Positions 1-9,904 of a stretch of DNA of 64,000 nt are shown here, piece after piece. The stretch is from a virus. Lineage: Duplodnaviria > Caudoviricetes. The stretch spans positions 32,001 through 96,000 of the IMG/VR virus record IMGVR_UViG_3300032330_001742; one strand, written 5' to 3'. Every line of letters starts with the position of its first letter. The first letter of the stretch is position 1. The notes beneath the pieces were generated by a model. That model saw only the letters and a list, made by a program, of their open reading frames with translations, was not told where the DNA came from and did no database searches. The position numbers were made by a program, and so were the translations under genes.

Positions 1-2
1 AT

Positions 3-167
3 ATAGATTGGCCACTCATTATTGAGGGCACTAAGTTTGACATGAGAGACAATGATATGATAGCATTTAATGGAAGCAAGCAATATCATGGAAGAGAAGA
101 TAGAGTTTTTAAAGATACTGATTTTTTAGAAAATGTTTTTTTTCAATTTGTAGAAAAGGGAAAATAA
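3..167 (+). CDS. C-terminal part of a 2OG-Fe(II) dioxygenase-like protein (truncated by the window edge)
   Basis: Frame 3 reads IDWPLIIEGTKFDMRDNDMIAFNGSKQYHGRE...; resembles the W-x-x-x-x-EG...F-x-G...H-x-R C-termini of ORFs 48363, 49362 and 57046. Confidence 0.6.
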   Translation: MDWPLIIEGTKFDMRDNDMIAFNGSKQYHGREDRVFKDTDFLENVFFQFVEKGK

Positions 168-469
168 TGAATAATGAAACAACTATAGATATGGTAAATG
201 GCTTAGCAGAAATTGCTGAGTATATGGAAGATGAGGAACTTACACAAGCATTAACTTTTATTGCTAAGATAATTATTAAGCCAGATATTCCTTTAAATGT
301 AGCAACAATTGAAATAGTTAGGTTGCAGGCAATTGCAGCCAAGATGGCATTTAAAGCAACCTGGATGGCAAATGTTGATAAGTCTGACCGTGGCAAAAAA
401 AATCTATACTATACAGCAGCAGAATCAATCAACAACCTTGTGTCTGCACTAAAGTACATAACACGCTGA
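167..469 (+). CDS. hypothetical phage protein
   Basis: 100-aa ORF coupled to the upstream gene by a TAATG overlap. Confidence 0.7.
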   Translation: MNNETTIDMVNGLAEIAEYMEDEELTQALTFIAKIIIKPDIPLNVATIEIVRLQAIAAKMAFKATWMANVDKSDRGKKNLYYTAAESINNLVSALKYITR

Positions 470-506
470 TCTCTGGTATACTTATAAAAACAGAAAAGAG
501 TTTAAA

Positions 507-1304
507 ATGACAAAAAGTTTATTACAACAAGTTATGGTTAGACCACCTATAAAGGCGGTTGATCCTGTAGACCCAGATGGTCTTGTAAAGGCTATTGAGG
601 CTGGATATGTAGCATCTAGAGGAACTAAGTTTCAAACAAAGAAAACTTTTGCTCCTTCAACTATTGCATACTCACATGGAGAATGTGCACGATATTGGTT
701 CCTTGCTTTTAATGGCAATGACTTTGAAGACAGCGCTGATGCATATGGTGTAGCAAATATGACAGCAGGAACTTTGTCTCATGGAAGAATTCAAAAGGCT
801 ATGAAAGACGCTGGAATTTTAATTGAAGATGAATTTAAAATTACATATGTAGATCCTCCAATCTTTGGGTATGGAGATGTAATGCTTAACTGGCAGGGAG
901 AAGAACTCCTTGGTGAAATCAAAACTATGATGAGTGAAGCATTTGAATACCGAAAAGCAGCAGGCAGACCAAAGGCTGGTCACCTAATTCAGTTGCTTAT
1001 TTATATGAAGATTCTAAAGAAGAAGAAGGCTGTGTTTATTTATGAAAATAAAAATAATCATGAACTGCTAATTCTTCCTGTAGAAATAAATGATTACTAT
1101 GTTCGGTGGGTAGACCAAGCATTTGATTGGATGAGACGGGTCCGTAAAAGTTGGGAAGATCAAGTTCTTCCAACAAAAAATTATAGATCCAATTCAAAGA
1201 TATGTAAGACATGTCCAGTAAAAAAGGCATGCGACATTGCTGGCGACGGAACTATAAAAATTAGTCCACTGGAGCCACTAGATGAAAAACTGTCAATGGT
1301 GTGA
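507..1304 (+). CDS. Cas4-like/RecB-family PD-(D/E)xK exonuclease
   Basis: PSTI..ECARY, GYGD..GEIKT, QLLIY and C-terminal CKTCPVKKAC (4-Cys Fe-S staple). Confidence 0.8.
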   Translation: MTKSLLQQVMVRPPIKAVDPVDPDGLVKAIEAGYVASRGTKFQTKKTFAPSTIAYSHGECARYWFLAFNGNDFEDSADAYGVANMTAGTLSHGRIQKAMKDAGILIEDEFKITYVDPPIFGYGDVMLNWQGEELLGEIKTMMSEAFEYRKAAGRPKAGHLIQLLIYMKILKKKKAVFIYENKNNHELLILPVEINDYYVRWVDQAFDWMRRVRKSWEDQVLPTKNYRSNSKICKTCPVKKACDIAGDGTIKISPLEPLDEKLSMV

Positions 1305-1566
1305 TCACACTTTTAAATCAACAGTAAGTTATCAAATTTATTGTTCGCCTGAATGTAGAGAGTCAGCAACTAAAGAAAAAATTGCTGCTCGATACATTAT
1401 TACTAGACGACAAAAAAGATTGGGTAAAACAAGAAAATGCAAAAACTGCGATAAAGATCTATCTATCTATAATGATGATCCTTTATGTTTTGATTGCAAT
1501 GTAAACCCAAAAGAAGTAATAAAAGCATTAAAAGAAATTAAAGGTTTTACAAATGGTAAAAAATAA
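1282..1566 (+). CDS. Cys-rich zinc-finger protein
   Basis: CQWC, YCSPEC, CKNC and CFDC motifs. Confidence 0.7.
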   Translation: MKNCQWCDHTFKSTVSYQIYCSPECRESATKEKIAARYIITRRQKRLGKTRKCKNCDKDLSIYNDDPLCFDCNVNPKEVIKALKEIKGFTNGKK

Positions 1567-2149
1567 ATGGGGATTAGAACTTGCACCACAAACAATATGT
1601 TCTATTGATGCAAGTACTAATAGTCTAGCGTTTGCCTTGTTTGATACTAAGAATAAAACACTTGGCGTTGTTGGCAAAATTAATTTTACTGGAAACGACA
1701 CCTATCAAAAAGTAATGGATGCTGGACAAAAAGTAAAAGCCTTTTTTGATTACTATGGTGGGTTTGAAGCAATAGTGATTGAGCATACAGTTTTTATGAA
1801 TAGTCCTAAAACTGCTGCAGATCTTGCTTTAGTTCAAGGCGCTATCCTTGGCGCAGCAGGACAATCTGGAACAACGGTAATCGGAAAGGTTTCTCCTATT
1901 ACTTGGCAAAACTACATAGGAAATAAAAAGATATCAAAAGATGAACAGTTATTTATTCGTGCTCAACATCCAGGAAAATCTGTATCATGGTATAAACAGT
2001 ACGAAAGAAATTTAAGAAAAGAAAGAACTATTAAGTTTATTAATACTATTTATGATAGAACCATCAATGATAACGATGTTGCAGATGCTTGCGGTATTGG
2101 TCATTGGGCTATGGACAATTGGGGTAAGGCAATTGGAGTTGACAAATAA
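1553..2149 (+). CDS. ruvC: RuvC-like Holliday junction resolvase
   Basis: SIDAST, IVIEH and DNDVADA acidic RNase H-fold motifs. Confidence 0.75.
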   Translation: MVKNKWGLELAPQTICSIDASTNSLAFALFDTKNKTLGVVGKINFTGNDTYQKVMDAGQKVKAFFDYYGGFEAIVIEHTVFMNSPKTAADLALVQGAILGAAGQSGTTVIGKVSPITWQNYIGNKKISKDEQLFIRAQHPGKSVSWYKQYERNLRKERTIKFINTIYDRTINDNDVADACGIGHWAMDNWGKAIGVDK

Positions 2150-2153
2150 AACT

Positions 2154-2309
2154 ATGGCTGCTAAACTATATACATCAGAGATTTTTATGCGTAAGCGTTA
2201 TCTTATGGATAAAAAGACTCCAGAAGAAATTGCAAAGGAGTGTGGGTGCACAGTGGAAACTGTTTATGTTTACCTTGCTAAATTTGGATTAAGGAAATCA
2301 AAAAGATGA
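2154..2309 (+). CDS. small helix-turn-helix protein
   Basis: KTPEEIAKECGCTVETVYVYLAKFGL; ATG 2154 preferred over the longer ORF-track start. Confidence 0.65.
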   Translation: MAAKLYTSEIFMRKRYLMDKKTPEEIAKECGCTVETVYVYLAKFGLRKSKR

Positions 2310-2428
2310 AAAATATTAAAAAGATAGTTGTGGCAATTACTGTATTGGGTGCTCTTGCAACCGCAGCATTTATGTATTTTATGAAAAGCATGCCAAATGT
2401 TTTTGATTGGGATTTAGACGATGAGTGA
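2306..2428 (+). CDS. small membrane protein (40 aa)
   Basis: ATGA overlap with upstream gene; hydrophobic IVVAITVLGALATAAFMYF; below the ORF-track cutoff. Confidence 0.55.
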   Translation: MKNIKKIVVAITVLGALATAAFMYFMKSMPNVFDWDLDDE

Positions 2429-2666
2429 TAACTTACACATTACGGTAGATCAAGTAAATCATCCACTACACTACATCTCTGATCCATCTGGCGTAGAGTG
2501 TATTCAGATAACAAGGCACCGTAATTTTAATATTGGAAATGCTTTTAAGTATTTATGGAGGGCTGGACTAAAAGATGAGACAAAAACTATTCAAGATTTA
2601 GAGAAGGCTATTTTTTATATTCAAGACGAGATTAAACGGTTGTCTGGTTTGCATGACACAAAATAA
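2421..2666 (+). CDS. DUF3310 (SaV-like) phage protein
   Basis: DQVNHPLHY...GNAFKYLWRAGLK...QDLEKA signature. Confidence 0.85.
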   Translation: MSDNLHITVDQVNHPLHYISDPSGVECIQITRHRNFNIGNAFKYLWRAGLKDETKTIQDLEKAIFYIQDEIKRLSGLHDTK

Positions 2667-3432
2667 TGACCTAGTAAAATGGGGCAAAGTAGATAATCCA
2701 TTTGAAACAAAATTTTTTCCATTAAGTATGGAACATCACATGGACTCTCAAATTGATAATGTGTTAAACTCTTATAATTACAGGTGTGATGAATTTAAAA
2801 ATAATCATACTGGACTACATATTCTTTTTAGTGGATGTTCGGTTACATACGGAGAAGCATTATTAAAAGAAGAAGTATGGAGTAAAAAACTTTATAATAA
2901 GATAAGCAATGATAAAGAAGTATCTGGGTACTATAATCTTGCTATTCGAGGATTTTCAACATATGAAATAGTTATTAATGTGTTTAAATATATTAATAAA
3001 TTTGGCAAACCAGATTTTATTTTCTTAAATATTCCAACTGATAGTAGGTTTTATTCATATGATTCATCAAATAAATATTTTACATATGCAAACTTAGATA
3101 CTGATTCAGATAACAAAGATCTATACCACACGATGCCACTGCTATCTTTTCATTATTTATTAATGCTTGAAATGTATTGTAAATCAAATAATATAAAGTT
3201 GAATTGTTTTTCATGGTATTCAGGAGTTGAATATGGCAAAGAGGACATTGAGTCATTTATAAAAATAAAAGATGATGATCTTACAGAATTAATTTTTGAG
3301 TACCAAAAAAATAATAAAGATGATAAAAATGCACTAAAAGCAAGGGATAATAAGCATCAAGGCACAGCATTTCATGATGCTTGGTCCAAGATCATGTATA
3401 ATAAGTATCTAGAGGATATAGGTGTATCATGA
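2653..3432 (+). CDS. SGNH/GDSL-like protein
   Basis: FSGCSVTYG block I-like motif, YNLAIRG, C-terminal RDNKHQG (DxxH). Confidence 0.55.
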   Translation: MTQNNDLVKWGKVDNPFETKFFPLSMEHHMDSQIDNVLNSYNYRCDEFKNNHTGLHILFSGCSVTYGEALLKEEVWSKKLYNKISNDKEVSGYYNLAIRGFSTYEIVINVFKYINKFGKPDFIFLNIPTDSRFYSYDSSNKYFTYANLDTDSDNKDLYHTMPLLSFHYLLMLEMYCKSNNIKLNCFSWYSGVEYGKEDIESFIKIKDDDLTELIFEYQKNNKDDKNALKARDNKHQGTAFHDAWSKIMYNKYLEDIGVS

Positions 3433-3962
3433 GTACTGAAGAAGAACTAGTAAAGCATTTAGATCAAGTAAACCTTGTCGTAGAGGAATACTTAAAGGGC
3501 AATGACCCAACAGTTATTTCAAAGCAACTAGATATTCCAAGACAAAGAGTTGTAACACTTATTAATGAGTGGAAGGTTATGGCTTCTGCTAATGATGCAA
3601 TCAGAGCACGTGCAAAAGAAGCACTCGCTGCTGCTGATACACACTACAGTAAACTTGTAGCAAGAACTTACGAAGTTATTGATGAGGCTTCAATGACCAA
3701 TAATTTGAGTGCTAAGACGCAGGCAATTAAATTAGTAATGGATATTGAATCTAAAAGAATTGATATGCTTCAAAAGGCTGGACTGCTTGAAAATAAAGAG
3801 TTAGCAGAAGAAATGATGCAGATTGAAAAAAGACAAGAAGTGTTGATGATAATTCTTAAAGATATTGCATCACAATACCCAGAGGTTCGTGATGAAATTA
3901 TGAAGAGACTTTCCTCTATTGCTAAAGAAGATGAAGCGGTTACAATAATTCATGGCGTATGA
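3429..3962 (+). CDS. putative terminase small subunit
   Basis: N-terminal HTH-like segment, helical body, overlaps the large terminase start. Confidence 0.6.
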   Translation: MSTEEELVKHLDQVNLVVEEYLKGNDPTVISKQLDIPRQRVVTLINEWKVMASANDAIRARAKEALAAADTHYSKLVARTYEVIDEASMTNNLSAKTQAIKLVMDIESKRIDMLQKAGLLENKELAEEMMQIEKRQEVLMIILKDIASQYPEVRDEIMKRLSSIAKEDEAVTIIHGV

Positions 3963-5724
3963 TGAGTTTTTAGAAGCACTTCAAGATAACCCATTTGAAG
4001 AAATTCCCGTAGATGCAAAGACATTTATCGAGGGTGAAAAGTTCTTAAATCAGCCAGGACTATCCGCTATTCAATATGACATCGTAGAGGCAATGAGCCA
4101 AATATACAAAAAACCAGAACTACAACAAATATTTGGAGAAGAAGAAGGCGCAAGGTATTTTGAAAAATATACTAAAAATGAAATTATTCTTCAATTGGGC
4201 AAGGGTAGTGGTAAAGATTTTACATCTACAGTTGCATGTGCATACATTGTATATAAACTTTTGTGCCTTAAAGATCCAGCAAGATATTTTGGTAAACCAA
4301 GTGGAGATGCAATAGATTTAATTAACGTTGCTATCAACGCACAGCAGGCAAAAAATGTTTTCTTTAAAGGATTTAAAACAAAGATTGAAAAATCACCATG
4401 GTTTGCTGGAAAGTATAATGCAAAGGCAGACTCAATTGAGTTTGACAAATCTATTACAGTTTACTCTGGTCACTCAGAGCGTGAATCCCATGAGGGATTG
4501 AACCTGCTTCTTGCTGTTCTTGATGAGATCTCTGGATTTGCAACTGAAATTGGAAGCGGTAATGATCAAGGAAAAACTGCTGATAACATTTATAAAGCAT
4601 TCCGTGCATCAGTAGATTCTCGTTTCCCAGATCTAGGTAAGGTAGTTCTTCTTTCATTTCCTCGTTTTCAAGGAGATTTTATTTCTCAAAAGTATGACGA
4701 TGTAGTAGTTGAAAAAGATATTATAGATAAACAACACACCTTTATTATTAACCCACTCTTACCTGATGATGACAAAGATAATCAGTTGCATATTGAGTGG
4801 ACAGAAGAGCACGTAAGGTCCTATAAATACCCAGGAGTATTTGCATTAAAGCGACCTACCTGGGATGTAAACCCAACAAGAAAAATTGATGATTTTAAGA
4901 TTGCATTTCTTACAGATCTTGGAGATGCAATGCAAAGATTTGCTTGTGTACCAACCTATGCTTCCGATGCATTCTTTAAGCAGGCAGATAAAGTAAGAGC
5001 CTGTATGAGTATTAGAAATCCTATAGATAGTTTTAAAAGGTTTGATGAAAACTTTAAACCAGATCCTGACAAAGTATATTATGTTCACGCAGACCTTGCA
5101 CAAAAACACGATAAGTGTGCAGTTGCAATCGCCCACGTAGATAAATGGGTAAATGTACAGGTTATTAATAACTACGAACAGGTTGCTCCAATAGTAGTCG
5201 TTGACGCTGTTGTTTATTGGGAACCTAAAGTAGAAGGGCCAGTTAACCTTTCAGAAGTAAAGCAGTGGATTCAAAATCTTAGAAGGCTTGGTTTTAATAT
5301 AGGTATGGTTACTTTTGATAGATGGCAATCTTTTGATATCCAAAATGAACTAAAGCAGGTTGGAATGAGAACTGATACTGTTTCTGTTGCTAAAAAACAT
5401 TATGAAGATATGGCTATGCTAGTGTATGAAGAAAGACTCGCTATGCCTACAATTGAACTATTATTTGATGAACTTACTGAACTTCGAATAATGAAAAATG
5501 ATAGAGTTGACCACCCTCGCAAAAAGTCAAAAGACTTGGCTGATGCTGTGTGTGGGGCAATATTTGGGGCTATATCATATACTCCAAAAGATCTCAACCA
5601 AGAAATTGAGATTCACACATTCAGGGATAGGCCTAAAGTTGACACCTATTCCCAGGACGTGATACAATATAAACCTATGCCAGATGATGTAAAAGATTAT
5701 TTGGATAGATTCAATCTACTATAA
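3952..5724 (+). CDS. terL: terminase large subunit
   Basis: Walker A GKGSGKD, Walker B AVLDE, nuclease HADLA and KDLADAV motifs. Confidence 0.9.
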   Translation: MAYDEFLEALQDNPFEEIPVDAKTFIEGEKFLNQPGLSAIQYDIVEAMSQIYKKPELQQIFGEEEGARYFEKYTKNEIILQLGKGSGKDFTSTVACAYIVYKLLCLKDPARYFGKPSGDAIDLINVAINAQQAKNVFFKGFKTKIEKSPWFAGKYNAKADSIEFDKSITVYSGHSERESHEGLNLLLAVLDEISGFATEIGSGNDQGKTADNIYKAFRASVDSRFPDLGKVVLLSFPRFQGDFISQKYDDVVVEKDIIDKQHTFIINPLLPDDDKDNQLHIEWTEEHVRSYKYPGVFALKRPTWDVNPTRKIDDFKIAFLTDLGDAMQRFACVPTYASDAFFKQADKVRACMSIRNPIDSFKRFDENFKPDPDKVYYVHADLAQKHDKCAVAIAHVDKWVNVQVINNYEQVAPIVVVDAVVYWEPKVEGPVNLSEVKQWIQNLRRLGFNIGMVTFDRWQSFDIQNELKQVGMRTDTVSVAKKHYEDMAMLVYEERLAMPTIELLFDELTELRIMKNDRVDHPRKKSKDLADAVCGAIFGAISYTPKDLNQEIEIHTFRDRPKVDTYSQDVIQYKPMPDDVKDYLDRFNLL

Positions 5725-5740
5725 AGAAAAGGAAATACGA

Positions 5741-6793
5741 ATGAATTCATTTAAGAAAATTGCTCTAGGTATGGTTGCAGCCATTACTTTGGGCACACTT
5801 GTTGCAACACCTGCAAGTGCTGCTACGACAACCCTTACGGTTGGCGGATCATCACCTGCGACTGCTGGTACAACAGCAGCAACTGCAATTGCACTTCCAG
5901 TTCCTGCAGATAACTCTGTAGATTCTGCAGATGCCCTTAAGATTGCACTTACTGGACTTGATACAGGAACTGTTGTTTCTGCTTCAGTAACAAACGGTAA
6001 GATTGTAACTGCTCTTGCTACATCAGTAGCACCAGTTACAGCATCTGCTGGATCAACTTCCGCATCAGTTTCAACTGGTACAGGAACAACAGCAGACTTT
6101 TACATTTTCACAACAACAACTGCAGCAGGATCTGTTGCTGTAACAATTGGTGGAAATGTAACAACATACTATTTTGCTGGTACAGCAGGAGCACTTAATA
6201 CAATTGCTCTTGAAGCAGCAACATCAGGCGCTGCTGGTACAACATACACAGCAACAGTTCGTGGCTACGACGTATTTGGAAATGCTAAGGGCAACGCTTC
6301 AGTTAGCCTTCAGTATATTACTCCATCTGCATCAACAACATACTCACTTGCAACTGATACAGCAACAGCAACACTTGGTTCAAAGACACAAGATGTTACA
6401 TTGCCTGCATCAGGTTCAGTAACTCTTGTTGCAACAGCAACAGTAGCAACTGCAGTAACTGGTCTTACAGCACCACTTGGTGTAATTGTAAAGACAGCAA
6501 CAGTTCGTGATCTTGCATCAGAACTTGCAGCAGTTCAGTCACAATTGGCTATTGCTAATGCACAACTTGCAGCAGAAAAGGCTGGTCGTGCAAATGATTC
6601 AGCAACTGCAGCATCTGCTCTAGCAGCAGCAAATGCAGCAACTGCAAAGGCTAATGCTGATGCAGCAACAGCAAAGATTGCAGCAACTGTTGCTGCTGAT
6701 CTTGCTAAGGCTACTTATATTGCAGAGTACAATGCTCTTGCTACAAAGTGGAACAAGGCTCATCCAAAGGCTAAGGTTGCACTAAAGAAGTAA
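5741..6793 (+). CDS. secreted Ala/Thr-rich surface protein (beta-rich body, C-terminal coiled coil)
   Basis: Signal peptide MNSFKKIALGMVAAITLGTLVATPASA; strong SD; followed by a terminator. Confidence 0.7.
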   Translation: MNSFKKIALGMVAAITLGTLVATPASAATTTLTVGGSSPATAGTTAATAIALPVPADNSVDSADALKIALTGLDTGTVVSASVTNGKIVTALATSVAPVTASAGSTSASVSTGTGTTADFYIFTTTTAAGSVAVTIGGNVTTYYFAGTAGALNTIALEAATSGAAGTTYTATVRGYDVFGNAKGNASVSLQYITPSASTTYSLATDTATATLGSKTQDVTLPASGSVTLVATATVATAVTGLTAPLGVIVKTATVRDLASELAAVQSQLAIANAQLAAEKAGRANDSATAASALAAANAATAKANADAATAKIAATVAADLAKATYIAEYNALATKWNKAHPKAKVALKK

Positions 6794-6808
6794 CTTAATC
6801 CAACAACT

Positions 6809-6841
6809 AAGAGGGTTAGCCAAGTGTTAGCCCTCTTTTTT
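6809..6841 (+). terminator. intrinsic terminator
   Basis: AGAGGGTTAGC-loop-GTTAGCCCTCT followed by a T tract. Confidence 0.8.
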
Positions 6842-6900
6842 GTGTAATAAAATGGTATAATTATCCTAACAGACATTGTCTGTCTAAGGGGGAAGGACTA

Positions 6901-9366
6901 ATTAGATCATTACTCATCAAAACAAGCCTAATCGGATTACTGCTAACTTTATGGATGATTTTTTCTCCAGCAGATACCGCACATGCCGATGAGACTACAG
7001 TACAGATCAGTCCTTCTCCCAACCCAACATCAGACACAGCAACAGTTACATCAGTAACTATAGCCACTGTAGAGGCTAAAGTAGAGGCAGCAATATCAAC
7101 ACTTAGCACAGAGGCTCAGGCACAGTCTACAGCCATAATAAATACTGTAGTAGCAAATAATACAACAGTAGATACCCAGACAGCAGTTCAGATAGCCACT
7201 ACAACAGAGCCATTGGCAACTGCTATTTCTGAGGCATCTGTCAAGGTAGCGGAGGCCCAGTCAGCAATTAGCACAGCACAAACAGCAATTCAAGTAGCAG
7301 AAACAGCACAGGTAGCGGTTGAATCTCAGACCGCAGTGGTTGCTCAAGCCACAACAAATTTAAATAATGCACAGGCTGCATTGGATACGGTTACTCAGCA
7401 GGTAGAATCTCAGACTGTCAAAGTTGCAGATGATACTGCACAGGTAGCCGAAGCACAATCATCTGTTGAATCTTCGACTATTCAAACAGTAACAAATGGA
7501 GTAACGCAAACAGTTTACTATGCAACTGGCGGAGGCTCTCCTCAAATAGCCAATCAAACACCTATATCAGTAACTACCGTTCCCAATATTGCAGCACAGT
7601 GGGGTAGTGGATCAGTAGCAGGAGGACCAGCGGATCATGTTATTGTTAAATATGAGGGAACCATTACAGTTCCTAATGAAGCCGTTGCAGTTAAATATGC
7701 TATTGCATCAGATGATGGTGCAAAAATGTATATTGATGGACAACTTGCAATTAGTAACTGGAGAGATCAGGGAACTGCATGGAGCCAGTACTCACCAACA
7801 TATGATGTCACAACAGATAAACAACAAGATTTTGTTATTTGGTATTATGAAAATGGTGGAGGTGCAGCCTGTATTTTAGGGTGGGCAATATTTAGAGCAG
7901 ATGGTACTGGATATTTTACAACTCCACAAGCAAGTGCATTTGGTACAGTAACTACTGTAACTGATCCAGCATCATTAGCAGCATTAAATGCAGCACAATC
8001 TAATTTAACATCTGATACAGCAGTATTAAATACACTACAGGTAGAAAAAATAAATGCTGAGGCTGTTGTTGTAGATAAGACAGAAATTAAAACAGAGGAA
8101 GTTGCAACACTGAATCAACTAACAGAAACTGCTACAGCAACAGTTCAGGCAGCAGACTCTCTTGCAAATACTGCTACTACTAAGGTAAATGAAGCAGTAT
8201 CTGCAATGACAAATGCTGCTCAAGTTACAACAAATTATTATGCAGAACAACAAAGAATTGCAGCAGAAAATGCACGAATTGCTGCAGAGTTAGCAGCAGC
8301 CCAAGCAGCACAAGAGGCTGCAGCAGCAGAAGCAAGAGCAGCAAGAGCAGCAGAGTTAGCAGCACAGGCTGAAGCAAATAGAATTGCAGCAGAAGCAGCC
8401 ATTGCTGCACAGATTGCTGCACAGGAAAAAGCAGCAGCAGAAGCCAAGGCTGCAGAAGAAGCAAAGATCGCTGCAGAGCAAGCAGCAAAAGAAGCAGAGG
8501 CTGCAAAGGCTAAGGCAGAAGAGGATGCAAGAATTCAAGCAGAAAAAGATGCACAGGCCAAGGCAGATGCTGAAAAAGCAGAAGCAGATAAGTTAAAGGC
8601 TGAAGAAGAAGCCAAAGCCAAAGCAGAGGCAGATGCAAAATTAGAGGCCGAAAAGAAAGCAAATGAAGAAGCAATAGCAAAGGCAGAGGCTGAAAAGAAG
8701 GCCCAAGAAGAAGCAAATGCCAAGGCAGAAGCAGATAAGCAAGCACAGATTGCTAAAGATAAGGCAGCAGAAGAACAAAAAATTGCAGCAGAGCAAAAGG
8801 CTAAAGAAGCAGAGCAAGCAGCAAAAGATAAAGCCATAGAAGATGCCAAGAAGGCTACTGAGTCTGGAAAAGAATTAAGTAAAGAGGAAAAGGTTGCAGT
8901 TGTTTCAGCACTTGTTGAAAACCTTAAACCAGGTGAATCAGTCTCAGCAGCAGACATAAAATCTTCAGGTGTTGAATTTAAAGATCTTCCACCATCAACA
9001 CCAGTTGAAATGAGAACATCTGAGTCAGGTGAAGTACTTGTTATAACAGCAGAAGTTGCTGCAAATGTAGCATTAGTACAAGATCCAGGTGCACTTTTAC
9101 AAGCAGCATTTACAGATCCAGGTGCAGCACTTCAGGCACTTGGAAGTATTGGAGCAGATATGACTCCAGGAGAAAGAGAAGAAGCAACCAAGATGGTTGT
9201 GGCAACAGTTATTGCTTCAGGTGCTGCCTTAAATGCAGTAGGTGCAGCAGCAGGGTCCACTGGAGGACCAGCAGGAGGATCACGCTCAGGCGGTGGTAAT
9301 TCTGGCGGGTCAGGTGGAGGAGGAGCCTCTGGCGATTCCAAGGGAATAAGGAGAAGAAGACCATGA
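6901..9366 (+). CDS. PA14-domain, long coiled-coil, membrane-anchored surface protein
   Basis: PA14 motif SDDGAKMYIDG...YYENGGGA; AEA/K-rich coiled coil; first ATG is 6955 but the signal peptide extends upstream to ATT 6901. Confidence 0.7.
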   Translation: MRSLLIKTSLIGLLLTLWMIFSPADTAHADETTVQISPSPNPTSDTATVTSVTIATVEAKVEAAISTLSTEAQAQSTAIINTVVANNTTVDTQTAVQIATTTEPLATAISEASVKVAEAQSAISTAQTAIQVAETAQVAVESQTAVVAQATTNLNNAQAALDTVTQQVESQTVKVADDTAQVAEAQSSVESSTIQTVTNGVTQTVYYATGGGSPQIANQTPISVTTVPNIAAQWGSGSVAGGPADHVIVKYEGTITVPNEAVAVKYAIASDDGAKMYIDGQLAISNWRDQGTAWSQYSPTYDVTTDKQQDFVIWYYENGGGAACILGWAIFRADGTGYFTTPQASAFGTVTTVTDPASLAALNAAQSNLTSDTAVLNTLQVEKINAEAVVVDKTEIKTEEVATLNQLTETATATVQAADSLANTATTKVNEAVSAMTNAAQVTTNYYAEQQRIAAENARIAAELAAAQAAQEAAAAEARAARAAELAAQAEANRIAAEAAIAAQIAAQEKAAAEAKAAEEAKIAAEQAAKEAEAAKAKAEEDARIQAEKDAQAKADAEKAEADKLKAEEEAKAKAEADAKLEAEKKANEEAIAKAEAEKKAQEEANAKAEADKQAQIAKDKAAEEQKIAAEQKAKEAEQAAKDKAIEDAKKATESGKELSKEEKVAVVSALVENLKPGESVSAADIKSSGVEFKDLPPSTPVEMRTSESGEVLVITAEVAANVALVQDPGALLQAAFTDPGAALQALGSIGADMTPGEREEATKMVVATVIASGAALNAVGAAAGSTGGPAGGSRSGGGNSGGSGGGGASGDSKGIRRRRP

Positions 9367-9533
9367 TAAAGAAAATACTACAAGATATGATTGATCAACT
9401 TTGGACACTTTTAGGTATGTTTATTGCCTGGGTTGTCCTTGATGGTTCTGCAAAAACAGTTGTTGGTTATGCAATTATATGTACATTAATTGCATGGGCA
9501 GTAACATACCCAATTAGAAATAGAGAGGAGTAA
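9363..9533 (+). CDS. small two-TM membrane protein
   Basis: ATGA overlap; LWTLLGMFIAWVVLDG...YAIICTLIAWAV. Confidence 0.65.
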   Translation: MIKKILQDMIDQLWTLLGMFIAWVVLDGSAKTVVGYAIICTLIAWAVTYPIRNREE

Positions 9534-9535
9534 TT

Positions 9536-9835
9536 ATGAACGGTGTAAAAAATATTTGGAATATTCTTATGCGTATTGTTGCAGTATTTGCAGCAAATGG
9601 TTTGGCAGTTATTGGTGCTGGCGCAATCGCAGGAATTTCAACAGTTAAGGCTATTACAGTTGCAGGACTTACAGCAGTTGCAGCAGTAGTTGAGAAATTG
9701 GCTCGTGCATTCATGGACGATGGAAGACTTACAGCAGATGAGATTAATTCAGCATTCTCTACAACAGATAAAAATGCTACAACTGTAGAAGATTTGGTTG
9801 TTGAACAACGCAGATCACGCTCAAAAAAGGCATAA
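9536..9835 (+). CDS. holin-like membrane protein
   Basis: Two hydrophobic segments, DDGRLTADEIN, basic C-terminus. Confidence 0.5.
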   Translation: MNGVKNIWNILMRIVAVFAANGLAVIGAGAIAGISTVKAITVAGLTAVAAVVEKLARAFMDDGRLTADEINSAFSTTDKNATTVEDLVVEQRRSRSKKA

Positions 9836-9843
9836 ATCTATAG

Positions 9844-9902
9844 TTGACAGCCCTCTTTAGGCAATGGTATACTTAGGTATATCTATCTAGAGAGGGCTTT
9901 TG
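9844..9902 (+). promoter_or_regulatory. sigma-70-type promoter nested in an inverted repeat
   Basis: TTGACA-N18-TATACT with AGCCCTCT...AGAGGGCT arms followed by TTTT. Confidence 0.6.
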
Positions 9903-9904
9903 CC

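Noticed and set aside
507-1304. Cas4-like gene as evidence of a CRISPR-Cas system
   Set aside because: No other cas genes and no repeat-spacer array; the replication/packaging context fits a solo phage exonuclease
3952-5724. Intein or intron in the terminase
   Set aside because: Continuous 590-aa ORF with no Hint motifs or interruption
8225-8957. Several antisense and alternate-frame ORFs
   Set aside because: Shadows of the low-complexity GCA/GAA-rich coiled-coil gene
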